Source: an uncultured Gemmatimonadales bacterium
Lineage (GTDB): Bacteria; Gemmatimonadota; Gemmatimonadetes; Gemmatimonadales; GWC2-71-9
Direction: 5' to 3'
NCBI GenBank assembly: GCA_963717315.1
Contig: CAVQWA010000056.1
Coordinates: 5,960 to 69,959, forward strand
Length of the DNA stretch: 64,000 nucleotides
Shown here piece after piece: positions 27,311-36,957 of this stretch (positions within the stretch are counted from its first letter, which is position 1; each line of letters starts with the position of its first letter). The notes beneath the pieces are model-generated. The model was given only the letters and a program-made list of their open reading frames with translations. It had not been told where the DNA came from and ran no database searches. Made by a program: the position numbers and the translations under genes.

Positions 27311-27714
27311 CGGTTGATCTCCGCGGCGATGGCGTGCGCGAGGTCGCGGTGACGCCGCTCGATCCGGAGCACTGCCCGCCCCGCGAGCGCGCCCGGGAGG
27401 CCGTCGAAGACGTCCAGCCGCCGGCCCCGGAGGATGAAGCGCGGCCACCACCACCCGCCGGCGAGCCACGCTTCCGCCACCAGCTCGATGGGCACCTCGA
27501 GCACCTCGGCCGGCAACAAATCCACGCGGTCCACCGCGCCGCTCAGCGACAGCCCCTGGGTGCTCCTCGTCCCTTCCCACTCGAACGCCAGCTGCGTGAC
27601 CTCGTGGTGGAGCAGCCCCGTGATCTTCCAGCTGATCGAGCGCGCGCCGTCCAGGCCGAGCTTGTCGCGGCCGGGGACGGCGATGCTGAACGGAAGGGGT
27701 TCTATGGGGGGCAT
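27307..27714 (-). CDS. hypothetical protein
   Basis: ATG 27714 (MPPIEPLPF...). Its stop overlaps the downstream start (ATGA). No family recognised. Confidence 0.6.
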   Translation of the reverse strand: MPPIEPLPFSIAVPGRDKLGLDGARSISWKITGLLHHEVTQLAFEWEGTRSTQGLSLSGAVDRVDLLPAEVLEVPIELVAEAWLAGGWWWPRFILRGRRLDVFDGLPGALAGRAVLRIERRHRDLAHAIAAEINR

Positions 27715-27717
27715 GGG

Positions 27718-27787
27718 GTCGAAGGTCAAAGGTCGAAGGCCGAAGGGCGAAGGGCGAAGGCCGAAGGGCGAAGGGCGAGGGTCAGGC
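27718..27787. repeat. (GNCGAAG)n heptamer array, 9 units plus 1 degenerate
   Basis: gtcgaag gtcaaag gtcgaag gccgaag ggcgaag ggcgaag gccgaag ggcgaag ggcgagg gtcaggc. Fills the gap between the ogt stop and the next start. Confidence 0.92.
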
Positions 27788-28318
27788 GGGCAGTTCCCTC
27801 TCCCCTCTCCCCTCTCCCCTCTCCCCGAACAGGTCCAGCCTCTCGTGATCGAGCAGCCACCGCTTCCGCTCGATGCCGCCGCCGAAGCCGGTGAGCGACC
27901 CGTCGGCGCCGATCACCCGGTGGCAGGGCACGATGATCGGGAGGGGATTCCGGCCGTTCGCGGCGCCCACCGCGCGCACCGCATCCGGCGACCCGATCCG
28001 GCGCGCGAGCTCGGCATAACTGACCGTCTCCCCGAAGCGGAGTCGGCGGAGTCCCTCCCACACCCGGAGCTGGAACGCGGTGCCCGCCGGTGCGAGCGGC
28101 AGGTCGAAGGTGCGCAGGCTCCCGGCGAAGTACGCACCGAGCTGCTCGCGCGCCGCCGCCAGCACCAGCGATGCCTTCCCCGACCGCCCGCGGTCGCGAT
28201 CCCACCCGGCGCCGATCCGGCCCTCGTGCGGCGCGAACCAGACCGAGGTGAGCCCCCCGTCCTCGGCACTCGTGAGCAGCGGCCCGACCGGGCTCGGGAT
28301 CACGTCGTACACGATCAT
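27782..28318 (-). CDS. ogt: methylated-DNA--protein-cysteine methyltransferase
   Basis: ATG 28318 (MIVYDVIPSPVGPLL). Active site IIVPCHRVIG. The HTH region ETVSYAELARRIG. About 15 C-terminal residues are repeat-encoded. Confidence 0.9.
   Translation of the reverse strand: MIVYDVIPSPVGPLLTSAEDGGLTSVWFAPHEGRIGAGWDRDRGRSGKASLVLAAAREQLGAYFAGSLRTFDLPLAPAGTAFQLRVWEGLRRLRFGETVSYAELARRIGSPDAVRAVGAANGRNPLPIIVPCHRVIGADGSLTGFGGGIERKRWLLDHERLDLFGERGEGRGERELPA
27796..27826. repeat. (CCCTCTC)n heptamer array, about 4 units, inside the 3' end of the ogt ORF
   Basis: ccctctcccctctcccctctcccctctcccc. Encodes the GERGEGRGE tail of the ogt ORF. Confidence 0.92.
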
Positions 28319-28983
28319 CGCCCTGCTCCTCCCGCCGTGTCGCCCAGGCTCGCCCACAGCTGCTGCGCCGCGTAGGCCCGCCAGGTCCGCCAGCGCTCCG
28401 CCGCCCCGCGCAGTGCCGCCTCCGTGATCCCGCCCATCGCCTTCCGGAGCCCAAGGTCGCCGGCCGGGAAGGCGTCCCGCCAGCCGAGCGCAGGCATCGC
28501 GACGTACTCCGCCGTCCAGGCCCCGATGCCGGGGAGGGCGGTGAACCGACGAATGAACTCCTCCGGCTCCGGCACGGACCCGTCGCCCGCGAGTTCCGGA
28601 AGGTCGCCGTCCGCCACCGCACGGGCCAGTGATACCAGGCACGCCGCCCGCGCCCGCGGGATCCCGATGCTGGCGATCGCGGCCGGCCGGGCCGCCGCGA
28701 GCCGCTCCGGCACGACTGGCAGGTGGGTCAGCACCACGGGCACCGCCCCCTCCTCCTGGAGGATCGGCTCGCCCACCAGCCGCACCAGCCGCCCCGCGAT
28801 CGTATGCACCGAACGCCTTCCTTTCATCCCGGAGCATCGCCTCCGCATCCCGCGCACCACTTCCCGGTTCCTGCGATCGAAGCGCCGGGGATTCCCGCGC
28901 AAGATCCGGGGCGCGGGCGTGGCGGGCCGGACGTAACGTGGACCCCTGCGAACGGTCACACCATTACCCACGGACGAAACCAT
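28315..28983 (-). CDS. alkA: DNA-3-methyladenine glycosylase II family (AlkA-like, HhH-GPD)
   Basis: HhH-GPD region TIAGRLVRLVGEP...LPGIGAWTAEYVAM...RDAFPAGDLGLRK. The stop overlaps the ogt start (ATGA). ATG 28983 is proposed as the start; the N-terminus is divergent. Confidence 0.7.
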   Translation of the reverse strand: MVSSVGNGVTVRRGPRYVRPATPAPRILRGNPRRFDRRNREVVRGMRRRCSGMKGRRSVHTIAGRLVRLVGEPILQEEGAVPVVLTHLPVVPERLAAARPAAIASIGIPRARAACLVSLARAVADGDLPELAGDGSVPEPEEFIRRFTALPGIGAWTAEYVAMPALGWRDAFPAGDLGLRKAMGGITEAALRGAAERWRTWRAYAAQQLWASLGDTAGGAGR

Positions 28984-29860
28984 GCAGGCTGCCACGCACG
29001 CCGCCGCCCCCGCCATCACCCACCCCACCGGCCGCCACGTGGACGTCGGCGCAACCCGTCTTTGGATCGAGGAGGAGGGCCAGGGCGAACCGCTCCTCCT
29101 GCTCGCCGGCGGGCCGGCCAACTCGCACCTCACCTTTCACCCGTACTTCTCGGCGCTGGCCGACGCGTACCGGGTGATCTACGTGGACTACCGCGGCCGG
29201 GGACGGAGCGCGCCGGTGGCGACCCGCGAGAGGTCACCTTCGCAGGGGACGTCGCCGACATCGCCGCCCTTATCGACGCGCTCGACCATCCCGCGCTGGT
29301 GCGCCGCCTGGTGCTCGCCAACACCGTGCACAGCGCGGAGATGTGGCAGAAGAGCCACGAGAACACCAATCGCGAGCTCGAGCTCCAGCACCCCGGGGTG
29401 TGGGACGAGATCCTGGCGCTCCGGGCCGGGGGCGTCCGGTCCACCTACCCGCGGATGCAGAGGCTGTACGCCGTGCACTCGAGGCTGGTGCGCTTCTACA
29501 ACCCCGACAATGCCGTGAAGCTGCTGACCGAGCCGGGATCGCGGAACGCGGAGCTCTACCCGGTCTTCGCCGGCGACGACGTCGAGTTCTTCATCGGCGG
29601 CGAGGTGGCACGGCTCCCCGACTTCCGCCCGCGGCTCAGGGAGCTCGCGATGCCCACGCTCATCCTCGCCGGCCGCTCCGACCGCGCACTCTACCCGAAG
29701 TACCAGTACCAGTTCGCCCAGCGCCGCGCCGCAGGCGGAGTTCACCTGGATGGAGCGGAGCGGCACGTTCGCGCACATCGAGGAACCGGACGCCGTGATG
29801 GCGTTGCTCAGGCGGTTCCTGCGCGGAAGAACCTCGCCGCCATCCGGACCATCGTGTTGA
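28982..29860 (+). pseudogene. decayed alpha/beta-hydrolase gene (two frame changes, nucleophile segment missing)
   Basis: Frame 2 reads MQAATHAA...VIYVDYRGRGRSAPV. Frame 1 then reads DPREVTFAGDVADIAALIDALD-HPALVRRLVLANT...LILAGRSDRALYPKYQYQFAQR. Frame 2 then reads APQAEFTWMERSGTFAHIEEPDAVMALLRRFL. No GxSxG elbow between ALIDAL and VRRLVL. Confidence 0.6.
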
Positions 29861-30356
29861 CATTGCGGAAGGTGACCGGCACGCCCAGCCGGCGCTCGAG
29901 GAGGGCGTTGGCGATCCTGGATTGGCCCACGCCGGCACGTGGCATCCACCAGATCTCGCGGCCGTCCACCTCGAAGGCGTCGGCGGGCGACTCGAGCGCG
30001 GCGAGCGCCTTCCTCCCTGCCGGGGCGAGCGGCTCGTGCAGGAGCCCGACGTGGATCGAGTGGGCCGCGGCGCGCCGCTTCGCACCGAACGGCTCGTATG
30101 CCGCGATCGCCGTCACTTCGGCGCCGGTGCGGAGGAAGGTGGGCACCTCGTAGCCGAGCGCGCCCGCGAGCGCCCGCTCGAGCTTCGATTCGAGGGCGGC
30201 CGGCCGGGCGCGGGACGCGAACACCACGTTGCCGCTCGCGATGAAGGTCTCCACGCCCTCGAGGCCGAGCCCGGCGAAGAGGCGGCGGAACTCCGCCATC
30301 GGCACCACCCGGCCGCCGACGTTCACCGCGCGGAGGAAGGCGGCGTAGCGCGGCAT
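29808..30356 (-). CDS. DUF1697 domain-containing protein
   Basis: ATG 30356 (MPRYAAFLRAVNVGGRVVPMAEFRRLF...), the characteristic DUF1697 N-terminus. Confidence 0.85.
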   Translation of the reverse strand: MPRYAAFLRAVNVGGRVVPMAEFRRLFAGLGLEGVETFIASGNVVFASRARPAALESKLERALAGALGYEVPTFLRTGAEVTAIAAYEPFGAKRRAAAHSIHVGLLHEPLAPAGRKALAALESPADAFEVDGREIWWMPRAGVGQSRIANALLERRLGVPVTFRNVNTMVRMAARFFRAGTA

Positions 30357-30431
30357 CAGAACCGCGCGCGGTCGGCGGTCAAGAGGACATCCGCAAGCAC
30401 CATCCCACGCATCACGAACCACCTCCACCGT

Positions 30432-31100
30432 TCAGGCCGTTCCCGTTCCCCGTTCTCTGTTCCCTGTTCCCTGTTCCCCGCCTTGCCCCTCCCTCCGCCT
30501 CCGGCTCTTCTCCCGCGTCCCGCACGTCGCCATCTCGCACCAGCGGCGGAGCCCGTTCCGGCTCCGGTCCACGTACATCCAGCCGCAGTCCGGGCCGGCG
30601 CACGTCCGGATCCGGTCCGCCTCGTCCGACGCGAGGAGCTTCGCCGCCGACCAGACCGCGCCCCACACCGGGGACTCGAGCTTCGACTCGGCGTCCTGCC
30701 AGGCGAGCTCGAGGCCTTCCTTGCCGCGGGCGAGCCGGAGGTGGGGGAGCGCCTCCCCGAGAAGCCGGTTGAGCTCCGCCACGTCCGCCGCGGATGGGGC
30801 GCCGCGCACCCGGGCCGCCATCGCACGCCGGATCGCCTCCCGGGCCCCGTGGGCCAGCCGGAGTGCCGCCGACGCCTCCCGCGGCCGGGTCGCCGCGCGC
30901 GAACCCAGGGCTGCAGCCTCCCGGCGGGACGCCAGCCCGGCGCCCTGGGCCCACTCCACCAGCCGCGCATAGTCGCCCAGCCGATCGTCCACCAGGCCGT
31001 GCGGGGTCCAGTCCACGGTGTTCACCAGGTCGAGCGCGGGGTCCCCGCCGACGAAGCGGAGCGAGTGGCGGGCGGGACGGGGGGCGGCGGCGGTGGCCAT
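30432..31100 (-). CDS. CGNR zinc-finger (ABATE-domain) putative transcriptional regulator
   Basis: N-terminal LRFVGGDPALDLVNTV. C-terminal CAGPDCGWMYVDRSRNGLRRWCEMATCGTREKSRR zinc finger. The final ~19 residues are encoded by a heptamer array. Confidence 0.85.
   Translation of the reverse strand: MATAAAPRPARHSLRFVGGDPALDLVNTVDWTPHGLVDDRLGDYARLVEWAQGAGLASRREAAALGSRAATRPREASAALRLAHGAREAIRRAMAARVRGAPSAADVAELNRLLGEALPHLRLARGKEGLELAWQDAESKLESPVWGAVWSAAKLLASDEADRIRTCAGPDCGWMYVDRSRNGLRRWCEMATCGTREKSRRRREGQGGEQGTGNRERGTGTA
30437..30479. repeat. (CYGTTCC)n heptamer array, about 6 units
   Basis: ccgttc ccgttcc ccgttct ctgttcc ctgttcc ctgttcc cc. Begins 3 nt inside the CGNR stop region. Confidence 0.9.
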
Positions 31101-31129
31101 GCCCGCAATCTATCACCAGTATTCGGCCC

Positions 31130-31158
31130 TTGACAGGTGCAGGCCCGGGTTCTATCGT
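31130..31158 (+). promoter_or_regulatory. sigma70-type promoter for the ABM-like gene
   Basis: TTGACA (31130..31135), 17 bp, TATCGT (31153..31158). GGGAGG RBS at 31190..31195. ATG at 31204. Confidence 0.55.
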
Positions 31159-31188
31159 GCACCAGTATTATCGAACATACTGGTGCAC
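31157..31188. promoter_or_regulatory. perfect 12-bp inverted repeat operator candidate overlapping the -10/+1 region
   Basis: GTGCACCAGTAT-tatcgaac-ATACTGGTGCAC. A third half-site CACCAGTAT lies at 31114..31122, near the CGNR start codon. Confidence 0.55.
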
Positions 31189-31203
31189 CCGGGAGGCCCG
31201 ACG

Positions 31204-31533
31204 ATGATCGCCCGCATCTGGCAGGGAGCCACCGCCGCCAGGGACGGCGAGGAGTACGTGGAGTACCTGCGGCAGACCGGATTCAGCGAGTACGCCGCCA
31301 CCCCCGGCAACCGGGCGGTGCTCGGCCTCCGGCGCGTGAGGGACGGGCGCGCGGAGTTCCTGCTGCTCACGCTCTGGGAATCGGAGGAGGCCATCCGGCG
31401 CTTCGCCGGGCCCACGCCGGAGCAGGCCGTGTACTACCCCGAGGACGAGCGCTACCTGGTCGAGCGGGGGGAGATCGTGGACCACTGGGAGGTGGTCCAT
31501 CGCTTCGAGGCCGCCGAGCCCGCCGTCCGCTGA
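31204..31533 (+). CDS. small ABM/Dabb-fold (antibiotic biosynthesis monooxygenase-like) protein
   Basis: MIARIWQGATAARDGEEYVEYL...LLLTLWESEEAIRRFAG. The fold assignment is tentative. Confidence 0.7.
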   Translation: MIARIWQGATAARDGEEYVEYLRQTGFSEYAATPGNRAVLGLRRVRDGRAEFLLLTLWESEEAIRRFAGPTPEQAVYYPEDERYLVERGEIVDHWEVVHRFEAAEPAVR

Positions 31534-31547
31534 CCCCGCCGGGAGCG

Positions 31548-31574
31548 AAAAGGGGCGGCCACCCGCGCCGCCCC
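31548..31574 (-). terminator. intrinsic terminator (read on the minus strand), possibly bidirectional
   Basis: Plus strand aaaa-ggggcggc-cacccgc-gccgcccc. On the minus strand this is an 8-bp GC stem followed by TTTT. Sits between convergent stops at 31533 and 31610. Confidence 0.6.
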
Positions 31575-31577
31575 TGC

Positions 31578-31620
31578 CTTCTCCCCACTCCCCTCTCCCC
31601 TCTCCCCTCTCACTTCCCCC
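31578..31620. repeat. (CCYCTCC)-type heptamer array, about 6 units
   Basis: cttctcc ccactcc cctctcc cctctcc cctctca cttcccc. Overlaps the stop of CDS 31610..32191. Confidence 0.9.
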
Positions 31621-32191
31621 GCACCACCACGATCTCCCGCACCATCCCCATCTCCGCGTGCGCCCGCCGCGACACGGGATCGGGAATCAGGCAGGCCGCC
31701 ACGTAGCGGCCCGGCTCGAGGTCGAGGTCGAGGTGGACCTCCTGGCCGGGCCCCAGGCGCGACACGCCGCCGACCCGGGTGGAGGGGGCGTCCTCGTCCG
31801 CGAGGAACTCGGCGAACGAGACGCCCTCGCCCAGGCGGTGCAGCAGCAGGAGATGGTCCTGGCGCCCCTCGTTGGTCACCCGGATCCGGTGCACGCCCTC
31901 GTCGAGCGTGTCCGCACCCACGAAGGCGAAGTCCACGAGCTCGAGCGTCGCCGTCGCCTTCGGCCCCACGGAGCCGTTGCTGTCGGCGGTGGCCCGGAAC
32001 TCCCGCCACACGCCGTTGGTGACGTACCGGCGGTGGTTGGCGGCCCGCGACATGCTGGCCCAGACGTAGCGGCCCGGCTCGAGGTGGAGCACCAGGCTCG
32101 TCTCCTCGGCCGGCGACACGGGGCTCTCCGACCCGCCGCAGCCGAGCGTGAGCGCCCCCGCGAGGACCGCCGCGAGCGCCGGCGGCCTCAA
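31610..32191 (-). CDS. hypothetical lipoprotein
   Basis: TTG 32191 gives MRPPALAAVLAGALTLGCGG (lipobox). The start overlaps the upstream stop (TTGA). No family recognised with confidence. Confidence 0.65.
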   Translation of the reverse strand: MRPPALAAVLAGALTLGCGGSESPVSPAEETSLVLHLEPGRYVWASMSRAANHRRYVTNGVWREFRATADSNGSVGPKATATLELVDFAFVGADTLDEGVHRIRVTNEGRQDHLLLLHRLGEGVSFAEFLADEDAPSTRVGGVSRLGPGQEVHLDLDLEPGRYVAACLIPDPVSRRAHAEMGMVREIVVVRGK

Positions 32192-32403
32192 GCCTTCTTG
32201 CGCGCCCCGGCCGCGATCAGGCCGACGCCGGCCACCAGGGCCAGGATGCCGGTCCACTGGGGGAACCGCTCGGAGCCTTCGACTTCCGCCTTCACGTCAC
32301 CGATCTCGACCAGCGTCTCCGAGGTCTTCCGGGAGAACTGGCCGGTGAGGATCAGGCCGCCGAGGACGAGCAGCAGCACGCCGACGATGGTGAGGGCACG
32401 CAT
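32188..32403 (-). CDS. small two-helix membrane protein
   Basis: ATG 32403 is preceded by GGAGG. MRALTIVGVLLLVLGGLILTG...WTGILALVAGVGLIAAGARKKA. It is the tail of the artefactual 726-aa ORF. Confidence 0.6.
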   Translation of the reverse strand: MRALTIVGVLLLVLGGLILTGQFSRKTSETLVEIGDVKAEVEGSERFPQWTGILALVAGVGLIAAGARKKA

Positions 32404-32488
32404 GGGACCTCCGGGGGAATGGATGCCTGCCCCGCCAAGGTACTGTCCGGACCCCGGGGGGCGCGAGTGACACCCCTCACACGGCACC

Positions 32489-32514
32489 GGGGGCGGCCAT
32501 CCCGCGCCGCCCCC
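32489..32514 (-). terminator. GC hairpin downstream of glmS (no T-tract)
   Basis: gggggcggc-catcccgc-gccgccccc (9-bp perfect stem). Near-identical in design to the 31552..31574 hairpin. Confidence 0.45.
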
Positions 32515-32521
32515 GCAACCT

Positions 32522-32543
32522 GCCGTCCCGCCGTCCCGCCGTC

Positions 32544-32545
<2 letters not shown>
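32522..32545. repeat. (GCCGTCC)x3 heptamer array abutting the glmS stop
   Basis: gccgtcccgccgtcccgccgtcc, immediately before the stop codon complement at 32544..32546. Confidence 0.85.
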
Positions 32546-34370
<1,825 letters not shown>

Positions 34371-34386
34371 GGGTCCGGTATTCCCC

Positions 34387-35769
34387 TCAGCTCGGCGCGC
34401 CGAGCAGCGCGCGGGTCTCCTGGATCAGCGCCTCCGCCTCCCCGGCGGTGGGCGCCTCGGCGATGAGCCGGACGATCGGCTCCGTCCCCGAGGGACGGAG
34501 GTGCAGCCACCGGTCCGCCCAGCCGAGGCGGAGCCCGTCCCGTTCATCCACCTCGGCGTCCGGGTGCCGGGCCCGGAGCGCCGCAGAGGCCGCCCCCAGG
34601 TCGGACCGGGGCGCCTTGGCCTTCACGATGCAATACCGCGGGGCGGCCTGCACGAGCTCCGACACCCGCCGGCCGGTGCTGGCCAGGAGGGTCAGGAGCA
34701 GTGCCGCCGCCAGCGGGGCGTCCCGGCCGATGTGGAGGGCCGGGAGGATGACCCCGCCGTTCCCCTCGCCGCCGATGACGGCCCCCTCGTCCCGCATCAT
34801 CCGGGCCACGTTGGCCTCCCCGACGGGCGCCCGGAGGTACCGCGCCCCCGCCTCCCGGGCGGCGTCGGCGACGACGAGGGAGGTGGAGAGGTTGGCGACG
34901 ACGGTCGGACGGTCGGACTGTCCGACTGCCCGACTGCCCGACTGTCCCAGCACCGCCCTCACCGCGAACGCCAGCGTGTAGTCCTCCCCGATCGGCTGGC
35001 CGGTCTCGTCCACGATGGCCAGGCGGTCCACGTCGGGGTCCACGGCGATTCCCACGTCGGCGCCGGCCGCGCGCACGAGACGCCCGAGGTCGCCGAGATG
35101 TTCCGGGAGCGGTTCCGGCGGGCGGGGGAAGCGGCCGTCGGTCTCGAGGTTGATGCCTGCCACCCGGCAGCCGAGCCGCTCGAGCAGCGCCGGCATCGTC
35201 GTCCCGCCGGCGCCGCGGACGCAATCGAGCGCCACGGTGAAGTGCCTCGCGCGCACGGTGGCCGCATCCACCTCCGGCAGCGCGAGCACCAGGTCGAGGT
35301 GCCGGGCGATCGCTCCGGCGTCGTCCTCCAACGCGCCGATCCCGTCCCACCCCGCGCGGGCGGGCCCCTCCTCCGCCAGCGCGCGCACCCGGGCGCCCGC
35401 CTCCGCGTCGAGGAAGATCCCGTCCGGGCCCACGAACTTGAGCGCGTTCCACTCGATCGGGTTGTGGCTCGCGGTGAGGATGAGGCCCGCCCCGGCGTGG
35501 TGGTGCTCCACCGCGAGCTGTACCGTGGGCGTGGGGGCGACGCCCACGTCGATCACCCGCGCGCCCACCGACATCAGCCCCGCGGCCGCCGCGCGCGCGA
35601 ACATCGGGCCGCTGGTGCGCGCGTCCCGCCCCAGCACCACCGCCGGCCGGCCGTTCGCCGCGGCCCAGGCGCCGAGCGCGGCGGCATGCCGGGCCACCCG
35701 CTCCGGCGTCAGGTCGGTCCCGACCAGTCCCCGCATCCCGGAGACGCTGATCATCAGGGTGTCGGACAT
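34387..35769 (-). CDS. glmM: phosphoglucosamine/phosphohexose mutase (GlmM-type)
   Basis: ATG 35769 (MSDTLMISVSGMRG). Active-site TASHNPIEWNALK. Metal site DPDVDR. GGEGNGG. This is only the C-terminal third of the 1377-aa ORF in the track. Confidence 0.9.
   Translation of the reverse strand: MSDTLMISVSGMRGLVGTDLTPERVARHAAALGAWAAANGRPAVVLGRDARTSGPMFARAAAAGLMSVGARVIDVGVAPTPTVQLAVEHHHAGAGLILTASHNPIEWNALKFVGPDGIFLDAEAGARVRALAEEGPARAGWDGIGALEDDAGAIARHLDLVLALPEVDAATVRARHFTVALDCVRGAGGTTMPALLERLGCRVAGINLETDGRFPRPPEPLPEHLGDLGRLVRAAGADVGIAVDPDVDRLAIVDETGQPIGEDYTLAFAVRAVLGQSGSRAVGQSDRPTVVANLSTSLVVADAAREAGARYLRAPVGEANVARMMRDEGAVIGGEGNGGVILPALHIGRDAPLAAALLLTLLASTGRRVSELVQAAPRYCIVKAKAPRSDLGAASAALRARHPDAEVDERDGLRLGWADRWLHLRPSGTEPIVRLIAEAPTAGEAEALIQETRALLGAPS
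34899..34948. repeat. octamer palindrome embedded in frame inside glmM
   Basis: gacggtcggacggtcggac-t-gtccgactgcccgactgcccgactgtccc. Translated on the coding strand as ...GQSGSRAVGQSDRP... Confidence 0.9.
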
Positions 35770-35780
35770 CGCGCCGGCCG

Positions 35781-36851
35781 TCAGCTCGAGGAGGCGATCG
35801 GGAGGAGTGCGGGATCGGGAAAGGCGGCCTGGAAGGCGTCCACCACCACGGGATCGAACTGGGAGCCGGTGTGGCGGCGAAGCTCCTCCATCGCGTTGGC
35901 GGGCTCGCGCGCCTCGCGGTAGGCGCGGTTCGTGGTCATCGCGTCGAAGGCGTCCACCACGGCGACGATCCGGGCCTCGAGCGGGATCCGCTCGCCGGCG
36001 AGGCCGTCGGGGAACCCGCGCCCGTCGAGCCGCTCGTGGTGCGACCGGACGATCTGCATCACCGCGGTGCGGTCGCGGAGGAGTGGGGCCAGGATCCGCT
36101 CCCCGTCGGTGGTGTGGCGCTGGATCACCGCGAACTCCTCGTCGGTGAGCGGCCCCGGCTTGTGCAGGATGTGGTCCGCCGTGCCGATCTTGCCGATGTC
36201 GTGGAGCTCGCCGCCGAGCCTCACCTGCTCGAGCCGCTCGCCGGTGAGGCCGAGCCGGACCGCCGTGCCCACGGCATAGCGCGCCACCCGCTGCGAATGC
36301 CCCCGGGTGTAGCTGTCGCGCGCCTCGAGCAGGCGCACCGCGAGCTGGATCTGCTCGACGAAGAGCTCGCGGTTCCGCGCCGTCAGCTCCCGCACCCGCG
36401 ACTCGAGCTGGAGCTGGTAGTACCGGTTCTGGAGCCGGAGCTCGTGTTTCTCCAGCGCCTGGTTCACCCGCGCCCGGAGCTCGTCCACCAGCACCGGCTT
36501 GGACAGGTAGTCGATCGCGCCGTGCTGGAGGCAGTCCACCGCCGTCTGCACCTCCGCCAGGCCGGACAGCATGATCACGACCGTGTCGGGCCGCTTCTCG
36601 CGCAGCACCCGGAGGAGGGCGATCCCGTCCATCCCCGGCATCTGGATGTCGGAGATGACCAGCGGCACGTCGCCGAGCTGTTCCAGGAGCGCGAGCGCCT
36701 CCTCCCCGCCGGCCGCCTCGCGGCAGGCAATGCCGAGGCTCTCGACCATCCGCGTGACCGCCCGCCGGACCACCGGTTCGTCGTCCACCACCAGGCAGCG
36801 GATCGGGGAGCCCCCTCCGTCCGTCGAGGGGCCCGGAAAGGGCTGGGCCAT
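35781..36851 (-). CDS. response regulator with HD-GYP phosphodiesterase domain (RpfG-like)
   Basis: REC (LVVDDEP...VISDIQMPGMDG...YLSKP) followed by HD-GYP (GGELHDIGKIG...HHERLDGRGFPDG). Confidence 0.9.
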   Translation of the reverse strand: MAQPFPGPSTDGGGSPIRCLVVDDEPVVRRAVTRMVESLGIACREAAGGEEALALLEQLGDVPLVISDIQMPGMDGIALLRVLREKRPDTVVIMLSGLAEVQTAVDCLQHGAIDYLSKPVLVDELRARVNQALEKHELRLQNRYYQLQLESRVRELTARNRELFVEQIQLAVRLLEARDSYTRGHSQRVARYAVGTAVRLGLTGERLEQVRLGGELHDIGKIGTADHILHKPGPLTDEEFAVIQRHTTDGERILAPLLRDRTAVMQIVRSHHERLDGRGFPDGLAGERIPLEARIVAVVDAFDAMTTNRAYREAREPANAMEELRRHTGSQFDPVVVDAFQAAFPDPALLPIASSS

Positions 36852-36957
36852 GCCGTAAGTTAGCGGTCCACCGGAACCTGCGACAACGCCCCGCTTGCCG
36901 CCCGCCGGGGGCGGGGCCTACGTTTCGGTCCTCCCTTCCCCGGTCCGGCCGGTCCCG

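Noticed and set aside
36852-36957. SAM riboswitch or strong promoter upstream of the cystathionine synthase gene
   Set aside because: No SAM-I/II/IV conserved elements were recognised. TTGCCG-18 bp-TACGTT (36895..36924) is a possible promoter, but it is too weak to call without data.
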